Assembly: GCA_965200965.1 (NCBI GenBank)
Contig: OZ241744.1
Location: forward strand, 3,328,001 to 3,392,000
DNA length: 64,000 bases
Reading direction: 5' to 3'
From: an uncultured Candidatus Binatia bacterium
Lineage (GTDB): Bacteria > Desulfobacterota > Binatia > Bin18
In this document: piece after piece, positions 10,102-20,152 of the stretch
How positions within the stretch are numbered: the stretch's first letter is position 1
How the letters are laid out: the number at the start of each line of letters is the position of its first letter
The notes under the pieces: model-generated
Database searches by the model: none
What the model was told of the DNA's origin: nothing
What the model saw: the letters and a program-made list of their open reading frames with translations, nothing else
Program-made: the position numbers and the translations under genes

Positions 10102-10515
10102 TCATCCGGCCTGGCCCCTGCCGCTGACCTTATGCAGTGAGCCATCGCTCAGCCTGAAGTACACGGCCACCGCTTCCCCCTCACCGGGCAGCGGCAGGCT
10201 CAACTCATCGGGGTTGGCCTCGTAGTACAGGCGTTCGGCCTCGTGGCACAGAGAGAGAAAGCCGGCGAGGGCGGCCTTATACTCACGCTCACTTACCGCG
10301 AGGCTTCGGAGCCGGAACAGTTCGTCATCCTGCCGGTGAATCTGTTGCCACAGCTCGGGCCGTCGCTCCATCAGCCACCCGTCAATACCCCCGAAGTCCG
10401 GACCGAGGCCGCGGGTGTGGTCAACATAGGCCCGCTGCAAGGCCCGCGGGTCAGACACGACTGGCCGGGGTCGGGCCGGTTGTCTCCTGCGTTTGGGCGC
10501 GGTCTGTGTTCTCAT
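10102..10515 (-). CDS. Hypothetical protein (137 aa)
   Basis: Coherent ORF with host-like codon usage; no recognised motif. Confidence 0.55.
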   Translation of the reverse strand: MRTQTAPKRRRQPARPRPVVSDPRALQRAYVDHTRGLGPDFGGIDGWLMERRPELWQQIHRQDDELFRLRSLAVSEREYKAALAGFLSLCHEAERLYYEANPDELSLPLPGEGEAVAVYFRLSDGSLHKVSGRGQAG

Positions 10516-10603
10516 ACTGCTTTTCTATAAGCGAAAGAAAAGCGAAAGCAAGTGGGGAGGGGGGTATAACACCCAAGGCATGAGCTCGTGGGGAAAGCCG
10601 GGC

Positions 10604-13600
10604 TTACTGGCCGACTGGCGGGGGCAGCGGGGTCAGGACGAAGTTCTGGGTGGCCTCCTGCCACACCAGCCGGACCTGTTCTCCGGGGCCGGGGAAGTCG
10701 GCTACAAGCGTTTCTCCGGCGGCGTCCCGGACGAACTCTTCGCCGAGGCCGGTAACGGTGAAGGTGGCGGTGTCGAGCGCTTCGCCATTGACGAGCAGCC
10801 GGGCGGTATGCGTGCCGTCGCCGAGGAGGTTCCAGTTGAATAACAGCCCGAAGCCGTTGTCGCTGTCGCCGCACACCGCACGGGTGTCGGCCCGGCCGGT
10901 GCCGTAGGCCGGTTCGAGCATGATGGTCCCGTTCACCTCAACCTCGACCCGCTCGGCCTCACACACCCAGCCCGACACCAGGCCGATGCCGCTCTGGTAG
11001 GACCCGGTCCCCGGTACCTCCAGGATGGCTCTCTCCCCGGCCGGCGGGGTGGGCTGCGTCAGCCGGCCCACGATCGGGGCCAGCATGAAGTTCTGGGTGG
11101 CCTCCTGCCACACCAGCCGGACCTGTTCTCCGGGGCCGGGGAAGTCGGCTACAAGCGTTTCTCCGGCGGCGTCCCGGACGAACTCTTCGCCGAGGCCGGT
11201 AACGGTGAAGGTGGCGGTGTCGAGCGCTTCGCCATTGACGAGCAGCCGGGCGGTATGCGTACCGTCGCCGAGGAGGTTCCAGTTGAACATCAGCCCGAAG
11301 CCGTTGTCGCTGTCGCCGCACACCGCACGGGTGTCGGCCCGGCCGGTGCCGTAGGCCGGTTCGAGCATGATGGTCCCGTTCACCTCAACCTCGACCCGCT
11401 CGGCCTCACACACCCAGCCCGACACCGGGCCGATGCCGCTCTGGTGGGACTCGGGCCTGGGGTTTTCGAGGTAGCCGATGAGCAGGGATGTTTCCAGGGT
11501 GTAGGGCCCCGACTGATGTGGGGTGCCTTCGACGGCCAGCAGATAGTCGCCCGGGGTGACGGAGATGCTGGACCGAAAGCCCGGCCGCTCGCTCCGGCCT
11601 CGGGCGGTGGCCAGGACGCCCCCGGTCTCGGCCTCGGAGAGCGTGCCTTGGGTGTGGAGGTGGCCGGTGGTTCTGAGGAGCAGCCGGGCGGCGACTGGTA
11701 CGCGCAGGCGGAAGTAGTCCACATCCCCAATGGGATGGATCCAGCCGGTGATGCGGGCGATCCCCCCGAAGGCCGGCAGGTCTACCAGGGTCGCTTCCTC
11801 CGGGCTGTCGCCGTGTCGGTCGCCCGGCGGCTGTCCGGACGGGGGGGCAGGGGGAAGGTCGGGCAGGGGGGGACTGGCCGGGCGGAACTGTTCTACCGTC
11901 AGCCGGGCCGTGTTGCCGGTCGTGCCATCTTCCACCACCACGAGGGCGGGGTCGAAGATCAGGGGGGTCAGCGAGCCGGTCAACTGGTTGCCCGTGCCGC
12001 TGTTGGCTGTAAAGAGAGCAGTCGTCGAGCTGGTCGCTGTGCCGCGCGGGTTGGTGACAATGTCGGCTGGAAAGAGATTGGCACTTGTACTGGTGGCCAT
12101 GCCTCCCTGGCCTACGATGTCGTAGCGGTTGGCCGACACGTCACCAAAGACATTGCCCTGGCCTGTAACCATCACCCGGTTATTATTGGCCAGCCCGGAG
12201 TCGCCGGCCAGCAGCCGCAGCCCCGCGCCGGCCGCATGTCCGGTGAACTCGTTGTCGGTCAGGGTGGCGGATACCGTGTTGCCGGAGACCACCGGCAGGC
12301 CCGGCGGGGGAGTAAACGGGGCTCCGCTGTCCAACCATTGTTGACGGAGGACACGGCCGCCAATGAGGGCAATCCCGTCCCGTCCGTTGTTCCTGAGCTG
12401 GTTCTGGCTCAGGGTGGCCGTGACGGTGTTGTTGTCGGCCAGAAAGTCCCCGCCGATCACGATAATCCCCGTGTCATAATTGTTCTGCACCGTGTTGCTC
12501 TCAAGCGTCACAGTCAGGCTGTTGTTCGAGCTCGACCGGTAGGAGCCTCCTGGAAAGTCACAGCGGGAGGAGTGGACATTGGTGCCGTGTTCCCCGCCGT
12601 AGAGCAGAATAGCGGGTATGGGCCGGTTGTCTATTGTGATGGGGTAGGAACCGATGTTGGTATGAGGGGGCCCGGGGGGGGGGGGGATGATGCCGCCGTT
12701 GCTCGACAGGGTATTGCGGGCGATAGTGGCGGTCATCTGGCTGTTGCGTGCCCCGCAACTCCCCGCGGTCAGTTGAATCCCGGGATTGTACCTGTAATCC
12801 TCAATCCGGTTATCAAGGATGTGGAGGTCGGTGATCCGCATGGCGGACCCGAACGGAGACCACGCCCGAATTCTGGCCCCAAGGGGCTCTTCCCCAATAG
12901 GGGCAATCCCATCGTTCCCGATGAGGAGATGATTCCCCCGGATCGTGGTGTTGGTGATGGCGAAGTCTGTGGTACTGAGCGGGTCCGGACCGCCGGCTAT
13001 ACGCGTATTGTTCCGAAGGTTGATGCCGACTATCCCGCCCCTGATGATGTTGCGTTTGGTGGCCAGGACGGAGGGGGGGTCGGTCAGGGATGCGCCGATG
13101 GTGGTACCGTCAATGAAGGAACGGGAGCGGTAGGTGTAGAAGCCGATCCCATAAGAATTCCGGTTGGAGAGGCCGCCGCTATTGAAGAGAAAGGTGTTGC
13201 CGGTGATGGTGGTGTTGCGTATGCCCCCGGGGCCCCGCGCAGTTTGGCTTGAGCCGGCCTGAAACCGAATGCCTGCGCCACCTGGATCATAGGTCCTGTT
13301 GTCAATGATATTATTGGTGATGGTGTTGCCGGTGATGCTGCTGATAGCACCCGGTGTGCTCGTGGCCCCGATGAAGTGAGAGAGGTATACGCCGGCGATA
13401 GCAAAATGTTTGATCGTGAGGTTGGTGATGGTGTTGTTATCCGAGAGGATGCCAAAGATCCAATAGGCTGGCCAATCGTAAGGGGGGGGGTGGTTCGGGT
13501 CCCCCGTGCCTTGTTGTTGTCGGGTGAGTGCGCTCTGTACGATGACGTCGGGCGTTCCGTCGCTGTTCACGTCACCATCGATCGTGAGGTTGCCCTCGCA

Positions 13601-14005
13601 CATCCACGGCAGAAAAAATTCCCTGTTGCCGAGTGTAATGGTCCGGGCGGTTGAGCTCGCGGTCGGCGCAAAGGCCGTAGAATCAAAGCGGATCGTATCG
13701 GCCTCGTCATTATTGTCGGCCCGGATCAGGGCTTCGCGCAGGGTCAGGGGGGTGGTAGACGCGGACATGACCGCCTGCTTAGTCACCCCGGTCGCGGTGT
13801 GACAGAGCGTAGAGGAGCTCCGCATGACGGTCGCATATGCTCTACTGACCGTATCGGCATTGCTGGTGACGGTGAGGGTCTCAGCGAGGCCGGCCGCCGG
13901 ACACAGGCTCAGCAGCAGGATGAGTGCAACGACGAGGATATTCCCCCCCCCCCCCCCCCCGCATTTTTGGGGGCGAAGTCGTAAACGCGGCGGCTGGCAT
14001 GACAC
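10604..14005 (-). CDS. Large secreted/surface protein: parallel beta-helix region, PPC-like domain, two C-terminal repeat domains
   Basis: Hydrophobic signal segment, N/T/I/G-rich beta-helix-like repeats, Pro linker, GDVDYFRL PPC-like segment, and 2x SGIGxVSGWVCEA...NGFGLxFNWNLLGDG. Confidence 0.8.
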   Translation of the reverse strand: MSCQPPRLRLRPQKCGGGGGGNILVVALILLLSLCPAAGLAETLTVTSNADTVSRAYATVMRSSSTLCHTATGVTKQAVMSASTTPLTLREALIRADNNDEADTIRFDSTAFAPTASSTARTITLGNREFFLPWMCEGNLTIDGDVNSDGTPDVIVQSALTRQQQGTGDPNHPPPYDWPAYWIFGILSDNNTITNLTIKHFAIAGVYLSHFIGATSTPGAISSITGNTITNNIIDNRTYDPGGAGIRFQAGSSQTARGPGGIRNTTITGNTFLFNSGGLSNRNSYGIGFYTYRSRSFIDGTTIGASLTDPPSVLATKRNIIRGGIVGINLRNNTRIAGGPDPLSTTDFAITNTTIRGNHLLIGNDGIAPIGEEPLGARIRAWSPFGSAMRITDLHILDNRIEDYRYNPGIQLTAGSCGARNSQMTATIARNTLSSNGGIIPPPPGPPHTNIGSYPITIDNRPIPAILLYGGEHGTNVHSSRCDFPGGSYRSSSNNSLTVTLESNTVQNNYDTGIIVIGGDFLADNNTVTATLSQNQLRNNGRDGIALIGGRVLRQQWLDSGAPFTPPPGLPVVSGNTVSATLTDNEFTGHAAGAGLRLLAGDSGLANNNRVMVTGQGNVFGDVSANRYDIVGQGGMATSTSANLFPADIVTNPRGTATSSTTALFTANSGTGNQLTGSLTPLIFDPALVVVEDGTTGNTARLTVEQFRPASPPLPDLPPAPPSGQPPGDRHGDSPEEATLVDLPAFGGIARITGWIHPIGDVDYFRLRVPVAARLLLRTTGHLHTQGTLSEAETGGVLATARGRSERPGFRSSISVTPGDYLLAVEGTPHQSGPYTLETSLLIGYLENPRPESHQSGIGPVSGWVCEAERVEVEVNGTIMLEPAYGTGRADTRAVCGDSDNGFGLMFNWNLLGDGTHTARLLVNGEALDTATFTVTGLGEEFVRDAAGETLVADFPGPGEQVRLVWQEATQNFMLAPIVGRLTQPTPPAGERAILEVPGTGSYQSGIGLVSGWVCEAERVEVEVNGTIMLEPAYGTGRADTRAVCGDSDNGFGLLFNWNLLGDGTHTARLLVNGEALDTATFTVTGLGEEFVRDAAGETLVADFPGPGEQVRLVWQEATQNFVLTPLPPPVGQ
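10640..11426. repeat. Near-identical intragenic direct repeat (about 340 bp, period 447 bp)
   Basis: 10640-10979 versus 11087-11426 differ at only a few positions. Confidence 0.95.
13943..13960 (-). repeat. G18 homopolymer in the 5' coding region of the secreted protein
   Basis: 18 consecutive C on the + strand. Further tracts: G13 at 12674-12686 and G9 at 13482-13490. Confidence 0.95.
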
Positions 14006-14096
14006 TGCTTCGGCTCCCTGGCATGGTACAGGTGGCAGTCAGTCTGATCTCTCTGAGGGGCCCTAGAATACAAAAAGCCGGCGGTTTGTCAATACC

Positions 14097-14969
14097 TCAG
14101 CTTTTCTCCGAAGCGGTTCTGGCCAGGACCTGGCCGGCGGCCTCTTCAAGCGAGGGGGGGTGTGGCGCGTCTTTATACCCGGACAGGCGGCGGTAGACCT
14201 CGGCCGCGGCGCGGTGGAAGCCGTCCGGCAGGCCGGCGGCCGCAAAGGTGTCGGCAATCTCTTGCATCTCGCCGCTGAAACGCCAGGCTTTCCTGGCGTT
14301 GGCCCGCATCGCGGCGGCCGATCGCTGGGGCAGCCCGGCCTGTGAGCGTTCCCATTCGCTGGTCAGGGCGGCGTCAACACCCTCGTGGATGGCCAGGGTC
14401 CGAATCGCAATCAGCAGCGCGGCCGCGCCCTTGGTATAGGCCGCATACGTCATCTTGAGTGCTGAGGCGGCCCCCGGCGAACCGGCAAGGACCAGCGCTT
14501 CAAGCGGCCCGCGACGAAAGCCGGCGGCCACCCGCGCCGCCTCCGCGCCGGACAGGTACAGGCGGGTTGTGCCCGGTTTGCGGGCCGGCGGACCGATGAG
14601 CGCACCGTCAACAAAGCGCGCCCCGCCGGCCTCGACAATCTGCCGGATGGCGCGGCTGGTGGCGGGCGAGACGGCATTGGCGTCTACATAGATGCCCGAG
14701 AAGTGCCGACCGGCGACGCTGCCGGCCAGCGCGGCCGCGGCGTGGGGCGGACAGACGCTGAGGATGATGTGGCTGCGTTCAAGCAGCGCGGAGACAGAAC
14801 CGAGGTCGGTCAGCCGCGCCTCCTCGGCCCGGCTGCGGGTCTGGGGACTCCGCCCGGCTGAGGCCCAGACCACCTGCGCCTCGTTCAGCCGGGCGGCCGC
14901 TCCAAGCGTTGCTCCCATTTCTCCGGGATGGAGAAGACCAATTGTATGGCTCGGGCCGGGTCTGCTCAT
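14097..14969 (-). CDS. NAD(P)-dependent oxidoreductase (3-hydroxyisobutyrate dehydrogenase-like, DUF1932)
   Basis: IGLLHPGEMG, VDANAVSP, ASALKMTYAAYTKG, KAWRFSGEMQEIA. Confidence 0.85.
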   Translation of the reverse strand: MSRPGPSHTIGLLHPGEMGATLGAAARLNEAQVVWASAGRSPQTRSRAEEARLTDLGSVSALLERSHIILSVCPPHAAAALAGSVAGRHFSGIYVDANAVSPATSRAIRQIVEAGGARFVDGALIGPPARKPGTTRLYLSGAEAARVAAGFRRGPLEALVLAGSPGAASALKMTYAAYTKGAAALLIAIRTLAIHEGVDAALTSEWERSQAGLPQRSAAAMRANARKAWRFSGEMQEIADTFAAAGLPDGFHRAAAEVYRRLSGYKDAPHPPSLEEAAGQVLARTASEKS

Positions 14970-15049
14970 ACCCTGTTCATCCTCCCTCCGGCGTGCTAGT
15001 CAAAAGGCCGCTGTCAGCCCCGCACACTCGTTCAACCGAAAGTCGCCCC

Positions 15050-16395
15050 TTGGACGCCGCTTCTTCTCCGCACGATGCCCGGTCTGTCTCTCCTCGGCGG
15101 CGCATCCTCAGCCTGGCCCTGCCCATCATGGGCGGCATGGTATCCCAGAATATCATGAACCTGGTCGATACGGCTATGGTTGGCTCGCTCGGCGACGATG
15201 CGCTGGCCGCGGTCGGCCTGGCCGGATTTACGACCTTCACCTGTGGCGCGTTTATTCTCGGTCTCTCAACCGGCGTCCAGGCCACCTCGGCACGCTGGCT
15301 GGGGGCGGGGCGAAACGGCGAGATTGCCCTGCCCTTGAACGGCGGGCTGCTGCTGGTCCTGGTCCTGGGGATACCGCTGTCGGTGTGGCTCATCCGGGTC
15401 GCCCCCGGTTTCTTTCCGCTCCTCAGCCACGATGCCGCGGTGACCAGTCAGGGCACGCTCTACCTCCAGGCCCGGCTGGTCGGCCTGACGGCGATGGGAA
15501 CAAACTTTGTATTTCGTGGCTACTGGAACGCGGTCAATCTGTCGGCGATCTATATGCGCACGATCATCCTCATGAATGTCACCAATATCTTTCTGAACTG
15601 GGTGCTGATATTCGGCAACCTGGGCGCGCCGGCGCTCGGCGTGTTGGGGGCCGGGATTGGGACAACGACAGCGCTGTCAATTGGCTCACTGGCCTATGTG
15701 TTGACCGCCTGCCGGCGGGCCCGGGCGGGGGGCTTTCTGGTCCGGTGGCCGGACCGGGCAATCCTGTGGACGCTGCTCCGGCTGTCAACCCCGGCCGGCG
15801 TCCAGCATGTGTTCTTTGCCCTGGGCATGACGCTGTTCTTCTGGATTCTGGGCACGATCGGCACGGCTGAGCTGGCGGCCGGCCATGTGCTGTCAAATTT
15901 CCTGCTGCTGTGGATGTTGCTGACCAACGGCTTTGGGCTGGCCGCGGCCTCGCTGGTCGGCCAGGCCTTGGGGGCCGACGCGGTTGACGAGGCGCGGGCC
16001 TGGGCTTGGCGGGTCGTCCGGCTGGCAATGGTGTGTGTGGGGCTGCTGGCACTCCCGGCCGCGCTGCTCCCCGACATGTTCCTGGGCCTCTTTTTGCGCG
16101 ACCCGGCCACGCTCGGCCTGGCCCGTCTGCCGCTCCAGCTCACCGCCGCGGCAATGGCTCCCGAAGTCATCGGCATGGTGCTGATGAGTGCCCACTACGG
16201 GGCCGGCCACAGCCGGCGGGTGATGGTGATTTCCCTGGCCCTCCAGTGGTGTTGCTTTCTGCCCCTGGCGTTTGTGCTGAGCGCGGCCTGGGGCTGTTGG
16301 CGATCTGGAATCTGAACATCGGCTACCGTCTGCTCCAGTCCGCGGTCTTTGTCTGGAGCTGGCAGACCGGCGGCTGGGCGCGGGTTCGCATCTGA
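15050..16395 (+). CDS. MATE-family efflux transporter with an apparent 1-nt frameshift near 16280
   Basis: LALPIMGG..., VDTAMVGSLG, NWVLIFGNLGAPALGVLGAG. The typical C-terminus (GLLAIW...YRLLQ...W..GGW) continues in another frame to 16395. Start is uncertain. Confidence 0.8.
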
Positions 16396-16399
16396 AGCG

Positions 16400-17419
16400 C
16401 TAGTCTGAGAAGGCTTCGATCAGCGTGTTGCGGTAGTGGTCGCGCTGCTCGGCCGTGGTGCCGGTATTGGGTACGGCCACAATAACGGTGTCGAGCAGGC
16501 CGTCGCGCTCTTTGACCCTGGCCCGTACCCGGTCAACCGGGCCGACCGCGCAAAAGGCGTCCACCATGTCCTTGGGGATCAGTTCAATCGCGTCGAGGCG
16601 CTGCCGGCTGCGCTGGGTGGCGCGGACCTGAGCCACGGTGTCGGCAAAGCCGTGGGCAGCAAAAACATCATCATAGATCATCGCCCAGATGCTGAACAGC
16701 ATGGCCCCCGCCCCGACCCGGTAGGCGGTCGCCAGGTCGTCATCCACCACCGCAAAGCACTGGCCGAGCACCTCAATGTCCGAGCGCTGGCGGCCAGCTT
16801 TGCGCAGGCCGGCCGCCAGGTTGGGCACGATAGTGTCAGCGATGTGCTTGGGAGAGAACATCGGGTTGCCGACCAGGCCGTCGGCAAGCTCGCCGGTCAG
16901 GGCGGCCATGCGGGGTTTGACCGCGGCCAGATAGATCGGCACCTGTGGGCGCGGCTGGGGGTTTGCGCGGCCAAAAAAATTGCGCGCCCGAATCTGGTAG
17001 AACCGGCCGTCGTAGTCGATACTGCCGCCGCCCTGCTGGGCCGTGTCCATGACCAGCCGCAGGACCTCGATATACTCCCGCATCTGCGCGACCGGCTTGC
17101 CGGCGTCATGGCCGGCATACCAGTTGGTGTTGCGGTTTGGGTGGGCCACGCCCAGCCCCAGGATAAACCGGCCGTGGCTGAAATAGTCCAGGTCGAGCGC
17201 CTCAAAGGCCAGCATGACCGGGCTGTGGGTAAAGGCCAGGACCACCCCGGCACCGAGTTTGATCCGCTCAACGGCTGGGGCCACCGCGGCCAGCGGGAGC
17301 AGCGCCGAGTTGGTCAGCTCTCCCTGCCAGACAGAGGCAAAGCCGGCCCGCTCAAGTTTGCGCGCCCACTCGATCATGGTGTCGGGGGTGTCGTAGGGCA
17401 GAAACATGGCGTATTGCAT
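16400..17419 (-). CDS. LLM-class flavin/F420-dependent oxidoreductase
   Basis: GFASVWQGE, GRFILGLG, PIYLAA, GELADG. Confidence 0.85.
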   Translation of the reverse strand: MQYAMFLPYDTPDTMIEWARKLERAGFASVWQGELTNSALLPLAAVAPAVERIKLGAGVVLAFTHSPVMLAFEALDLDYFSHGRFILGLGVAHPNRNTNWYAGHDAGKPVAQMREYIEVLRLVMDTAQQGGGSIDYDGRFYQIRARNFFGRANPQPRPQVPIYLAAVKPRMAALTGELADGLVGNPMFSPKHIADTIVPNLAAGLRKAGRQRSDIEVLGQCFAVVDDDLATAYRVGAGAMLFSIWAMIYDDVFAAHGFADTVAQVRATQRSRQRLDAIELIPKDMVDAFCAVGPVDRVRARVKERDGLLDTVIVAVPNTGTTAEQRDHYRNTLIEAFSD

Positions 17420-17435
17420 GGCGGCGCACTCCTGT

Positions 17436-18089
17436 TTATGACGGCTGGCGTTGACCCCAGGTGTCAAAATGGGTCACCTCGGGCGCGGGCCGACGCTTGA
17501 CCGGCCCGAACTTGCCGCTGGGAAAACCGATTGGAATGGTTGCCACCACGCCGTAGTCGTCGGGAATGCCGACCTGCTCGTGCAGCTCGTCTTCAAACAT
17601 CTGGTGCATGGTCGTCAGGCTGGCACCCAGACCCAGGGCCCGGCAGGCCAGCAGCACGTTCTGGACACACGGATAGATTGAGCCATACGACGGCGGCGCG
17701 TGCCCGACCCGCTTGTCTTTGGGCACGGCAAACGGCCAGTCGCGCTTGCCGCACACCAGCAGCAGGACGGGTGCCTCGTGCATATGCTCGGCCAGGTGCA
17801 GCGCCGAGCGGACCGTGCGCGCCCATGAAGACGTGTTCGCGGGGTCGGGTTGCATGGCGTCGCCAAAGCGGTCGAGGATGGCCCGGTGATAGCGTTCCTG
17901 AAAGAACTTTTTTCTGTCCGGGTCTTGCAGCACGACAAACGCCCAGGCCTGAAGGTTCTGGCCGCTCGGGGCCTGGGTGCCGGCTTCCAGGATTTTGCGG
18001 ATCGTTGCCAGGGGAATCGGGTCGGGTTTGAGGCGACGCATCGCCCGCATGGTGTACATGGTCTCAAAAATGCCCATTTCTTCAGCCAT
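17436..18089 (-). CDS. Nitroreductase family protein
   Basis: RAMRRLKPDP, APSGQNLQAWAF, QNVLLACRALGLG. Confidence 0.9.
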   Translation of the reverse strand: MAEEMGIFETMYTMRAMRRLKPDPIPLATIRKILEAGTQAPSGQNLQAWAFVVLQDPDRKKFFQERYHRAILDRFGDAMQPDPANTSSWARTVRSALHLAEHMHEAPVLLLVCGKRDWPFAVPKDKRVGHAPPSYGSIYPCVQNVLLACRALGLGASLTTMHQMFEDELHEQVGIPDDYGVVATIPIGFPSGKFGPVKRRPAPEVTHFDTWGQRQPS

Positions 18090-18191
18090 AGTGCTCTTCT
18101 CCACGGGGTTGCGGCTGACCGGCTCCCAGGCGGAGGCTCCGGCCCGCCTTGTCATAGGGGGATATCCATCCGACGCAAGGGCGCGGGACGG

Positions 18192-19334
18192 CTATTCTCT
18201 CAGCAAATGCCGGGCAATAACGACGCGCTGAATCTGTGAGGTACCCTCGTATATCTGGAGCAGCTTGGCGTCGCGCATCAGCTTTTCAACCGGATACTCG
18301 CCCAGGTAGCCATAGCCGCCAAAGATTTGGACCGCGTTGGTGGTGATTTGCATCGTCCGGTCTGCGCCAAAGGCTTTGGCATAGCTTGACACAATTGAAG
18401 CCTGTGCCCCCTGGTCAAGCATCCAGGCCGCTTTGTAGGTCAGCAGCCGCATGGCTTCGAGCTCAATCGCCATATCGGCCAGCATGAACTGAATGGCTTG
18501 AAAATTTGCGATTGCCTGGCCAAAGGCTTCGCGTTGCCGGGCGTATTGCAGCGACTCATCGAGGGCCCGCTGGGAGATGCCGATCGAAAACGCGCCGACC
18601 TCGGGCCGGCTGTGGTCAAAGGTGCGCATGGCCAGCTTGAAGCCCGCCCCCTCTGCGCCAACTAACCCGGCGCGCGGTACACGCACCTCCTCAAACACGA
18701 GCTCGGCTGTGTCTGAGGCACGCTGGCCCATCTTGTTATGCATCCGGTTGGCGGTAATGCCGGGGGTGTCGGACGGCAACACAAAACACGAAATCCCGCC
18801 GTGTTTGTGGTCCGTGTCGTGGGTTGCAAACACCACATACCAGTCGGCAATTGTGCCGTTGGTGATGAAGTGCTTGGTGCCGTTGAGGACAAACTCGTCG
18901 CCGACCTTGCGATAGCTCGTCGTGAGGCTGGCGGCGTCAGAACCGGCCCCGGGCTCGGTCAGGGCAAAGGCGGCAAAACTCGGCTCTTCGAGCAGGCGGC
19001 CCAGATAGCGCTTTTTTTGGTCGGCCTCGCCGGCAAGCAGCAGCGGCAGGGCGGCCAGGTTGTTGGCCACCATATTGAGGGCGATGCCGGCACAGCCATA
19101 GATCATTGCTTCATCAATCAGGCAGGTGTCCATCACCCCCAGACCCAGACCGCCGTATTCGGTGGGGACTTGGGGGTTGAGAAAGCCGAGTTGCCAGGCT
19201 TTGCGGCAGATGTCGAGCGGCAGCTCCTCTTTCGTATCGTAGTGGGCGGCGACGGGGATGATTTCTTCGACCGCAAAACGATGTACGGTGTCTTTGAGCT
19301 GCCGTTGTTCCGGGCTGAGGTCAAAACTGTACAC
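18192..19334 (-). CDS. Acyl-CoA dehydrogenase
   Basis: FALTEPGAGSD, NGTKHFITNG, FGGYGY, QIYEGTSQIQR. GTG start at 19334 with RBS AAGGAG. Confidence 0.95.
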   Translation of the reverse strand: MYSFDLSPEQRQLKDTVHRFAVEEIIPVAAHYDTKEELPLDICRKAWQLGFLNPQVPTEYGGLGLGVMDTCLIDEAMIYGCAGIALNMVANNLAALPLLLAGEADQKKRYLGRLLEEPSFAAFALTEPGAGSDAASLTTSYRKVGDEFVLNGTKHFITNGTIADWYVVFATHDTDHKHGGISCFVLPSDTPGITANRMHNKMGQRASDTAELVFEEVRVPRAGLVGAEGAGFKLAMRTFDHSRPEVGAFSIGISQRALDESLQYARQREAFGQAIANFQAIQFMLADMAIELEAMRLLTYKAAWMLDQGAQASIVSSYAKAFGADRTMQITTNAVQIFGGYGYLGEYPVEKLMRDAKLLQIYEGTSQIQRVVIARHLLRE

Positions 19335-19345
19335 AGGCAGGCTCC

Positions 19346-20140
19346 TTATTTGCCGTGAAAAGTGGGCGCGCGTTTTTCTAAAAAGGCCCGGATGCCTTCG
19401 TTGCCGTCGGCCGTGTGGGCCCGGGCGGCAATGGCCTGGGCTTCCAGTTCCATCTGGGTTTCCAGCGTCTCGGTCCAGCCGGTGTGCAGCAGCCGTTTGG
19501 CCGCACCAAACGCGCCGGTCGCCCCCGCGGCGAGCGAGGCAGCCAGCTCGGTGGCGCGGCTCATCAGCTCGGCGTCCGGGACGACCTGATTGACAATGCC
19601 CCACTCGCAGGCTTCCTGGGCCGACAGCATGCGGTTGGTCAGGACGAGTTCGGTGGCCCGTTTCATGCCGACCGCCCGGGACAGGAAATAGGTCGAAGAG
19701 CCGTCGGGCGTCAGACCGGCCCGGGTATAGGCCATAGTAAACTTGGATGAGGCCGCGGCCAGGACGAGATCACACGCGCAGGCCAGGCTCATCCCCGCGC
19801 CGGCCGCCACCCCGTTGACGACGCCGACCAAGGGCGGGTCCATACGCAGAAAGCGCGACACCGCGGCGTGCAGGTACAGCGCGACCTCTTTGAGGTGGCT
19901 GGCCAGTGGTGCTCCGCTGCCGTGGGTGGCAAAGCTCTTCAGGTCTCCGCCGGCGCAGAACATCCGGCCTGTGCCGGTCAGCAGTACGGCCCGAATCGCC
20001 CGGTCTTCGCTGCACCGGATGGCCGTCTGCATGAGTTCTCTGGCCATGTCGATATTGAGCGCGTTGGCATTATCGGGCCGCTTCAGCCTGATCGTGGCGA
20101 TACTGTCCTGCGCCTCAAAGCTGATGGTCGAATAGTCCAT
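19346..20140 (-). CDS. Enoyl-CoA hydratase/isomerase family (PaaG-like)
   Basis: FCAGGDL, NGVAAGAG, GLTPDG, EGIRAFLEKR. Confidence 0.9.
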   Translation of the reverse strand: MDYSTISFEAQDSIATIRLKRPDNANALNIDMARELMQTAIRCSEDRAIRAVLLTGTGRMFCAGGDLKSFATHGSGAPLASHLKEVALYLHAAVSRFLRMDPPLVGVVNGVAAGAGMSLACACDLVLAAASSKFTMAYTRAGLTPDGSSTYFLSRAVGMKRATELVLTNRMLSAQEACEWGIVNQVVPDAELMSRATELAASLAAGATGAFGAAKRLLHTGWTETLETQMELEAQAIAARAHTADGNEGIRAFLEKRAPTFHGK

Positions 20141-20152
20141 CGGTGTCCTCCG

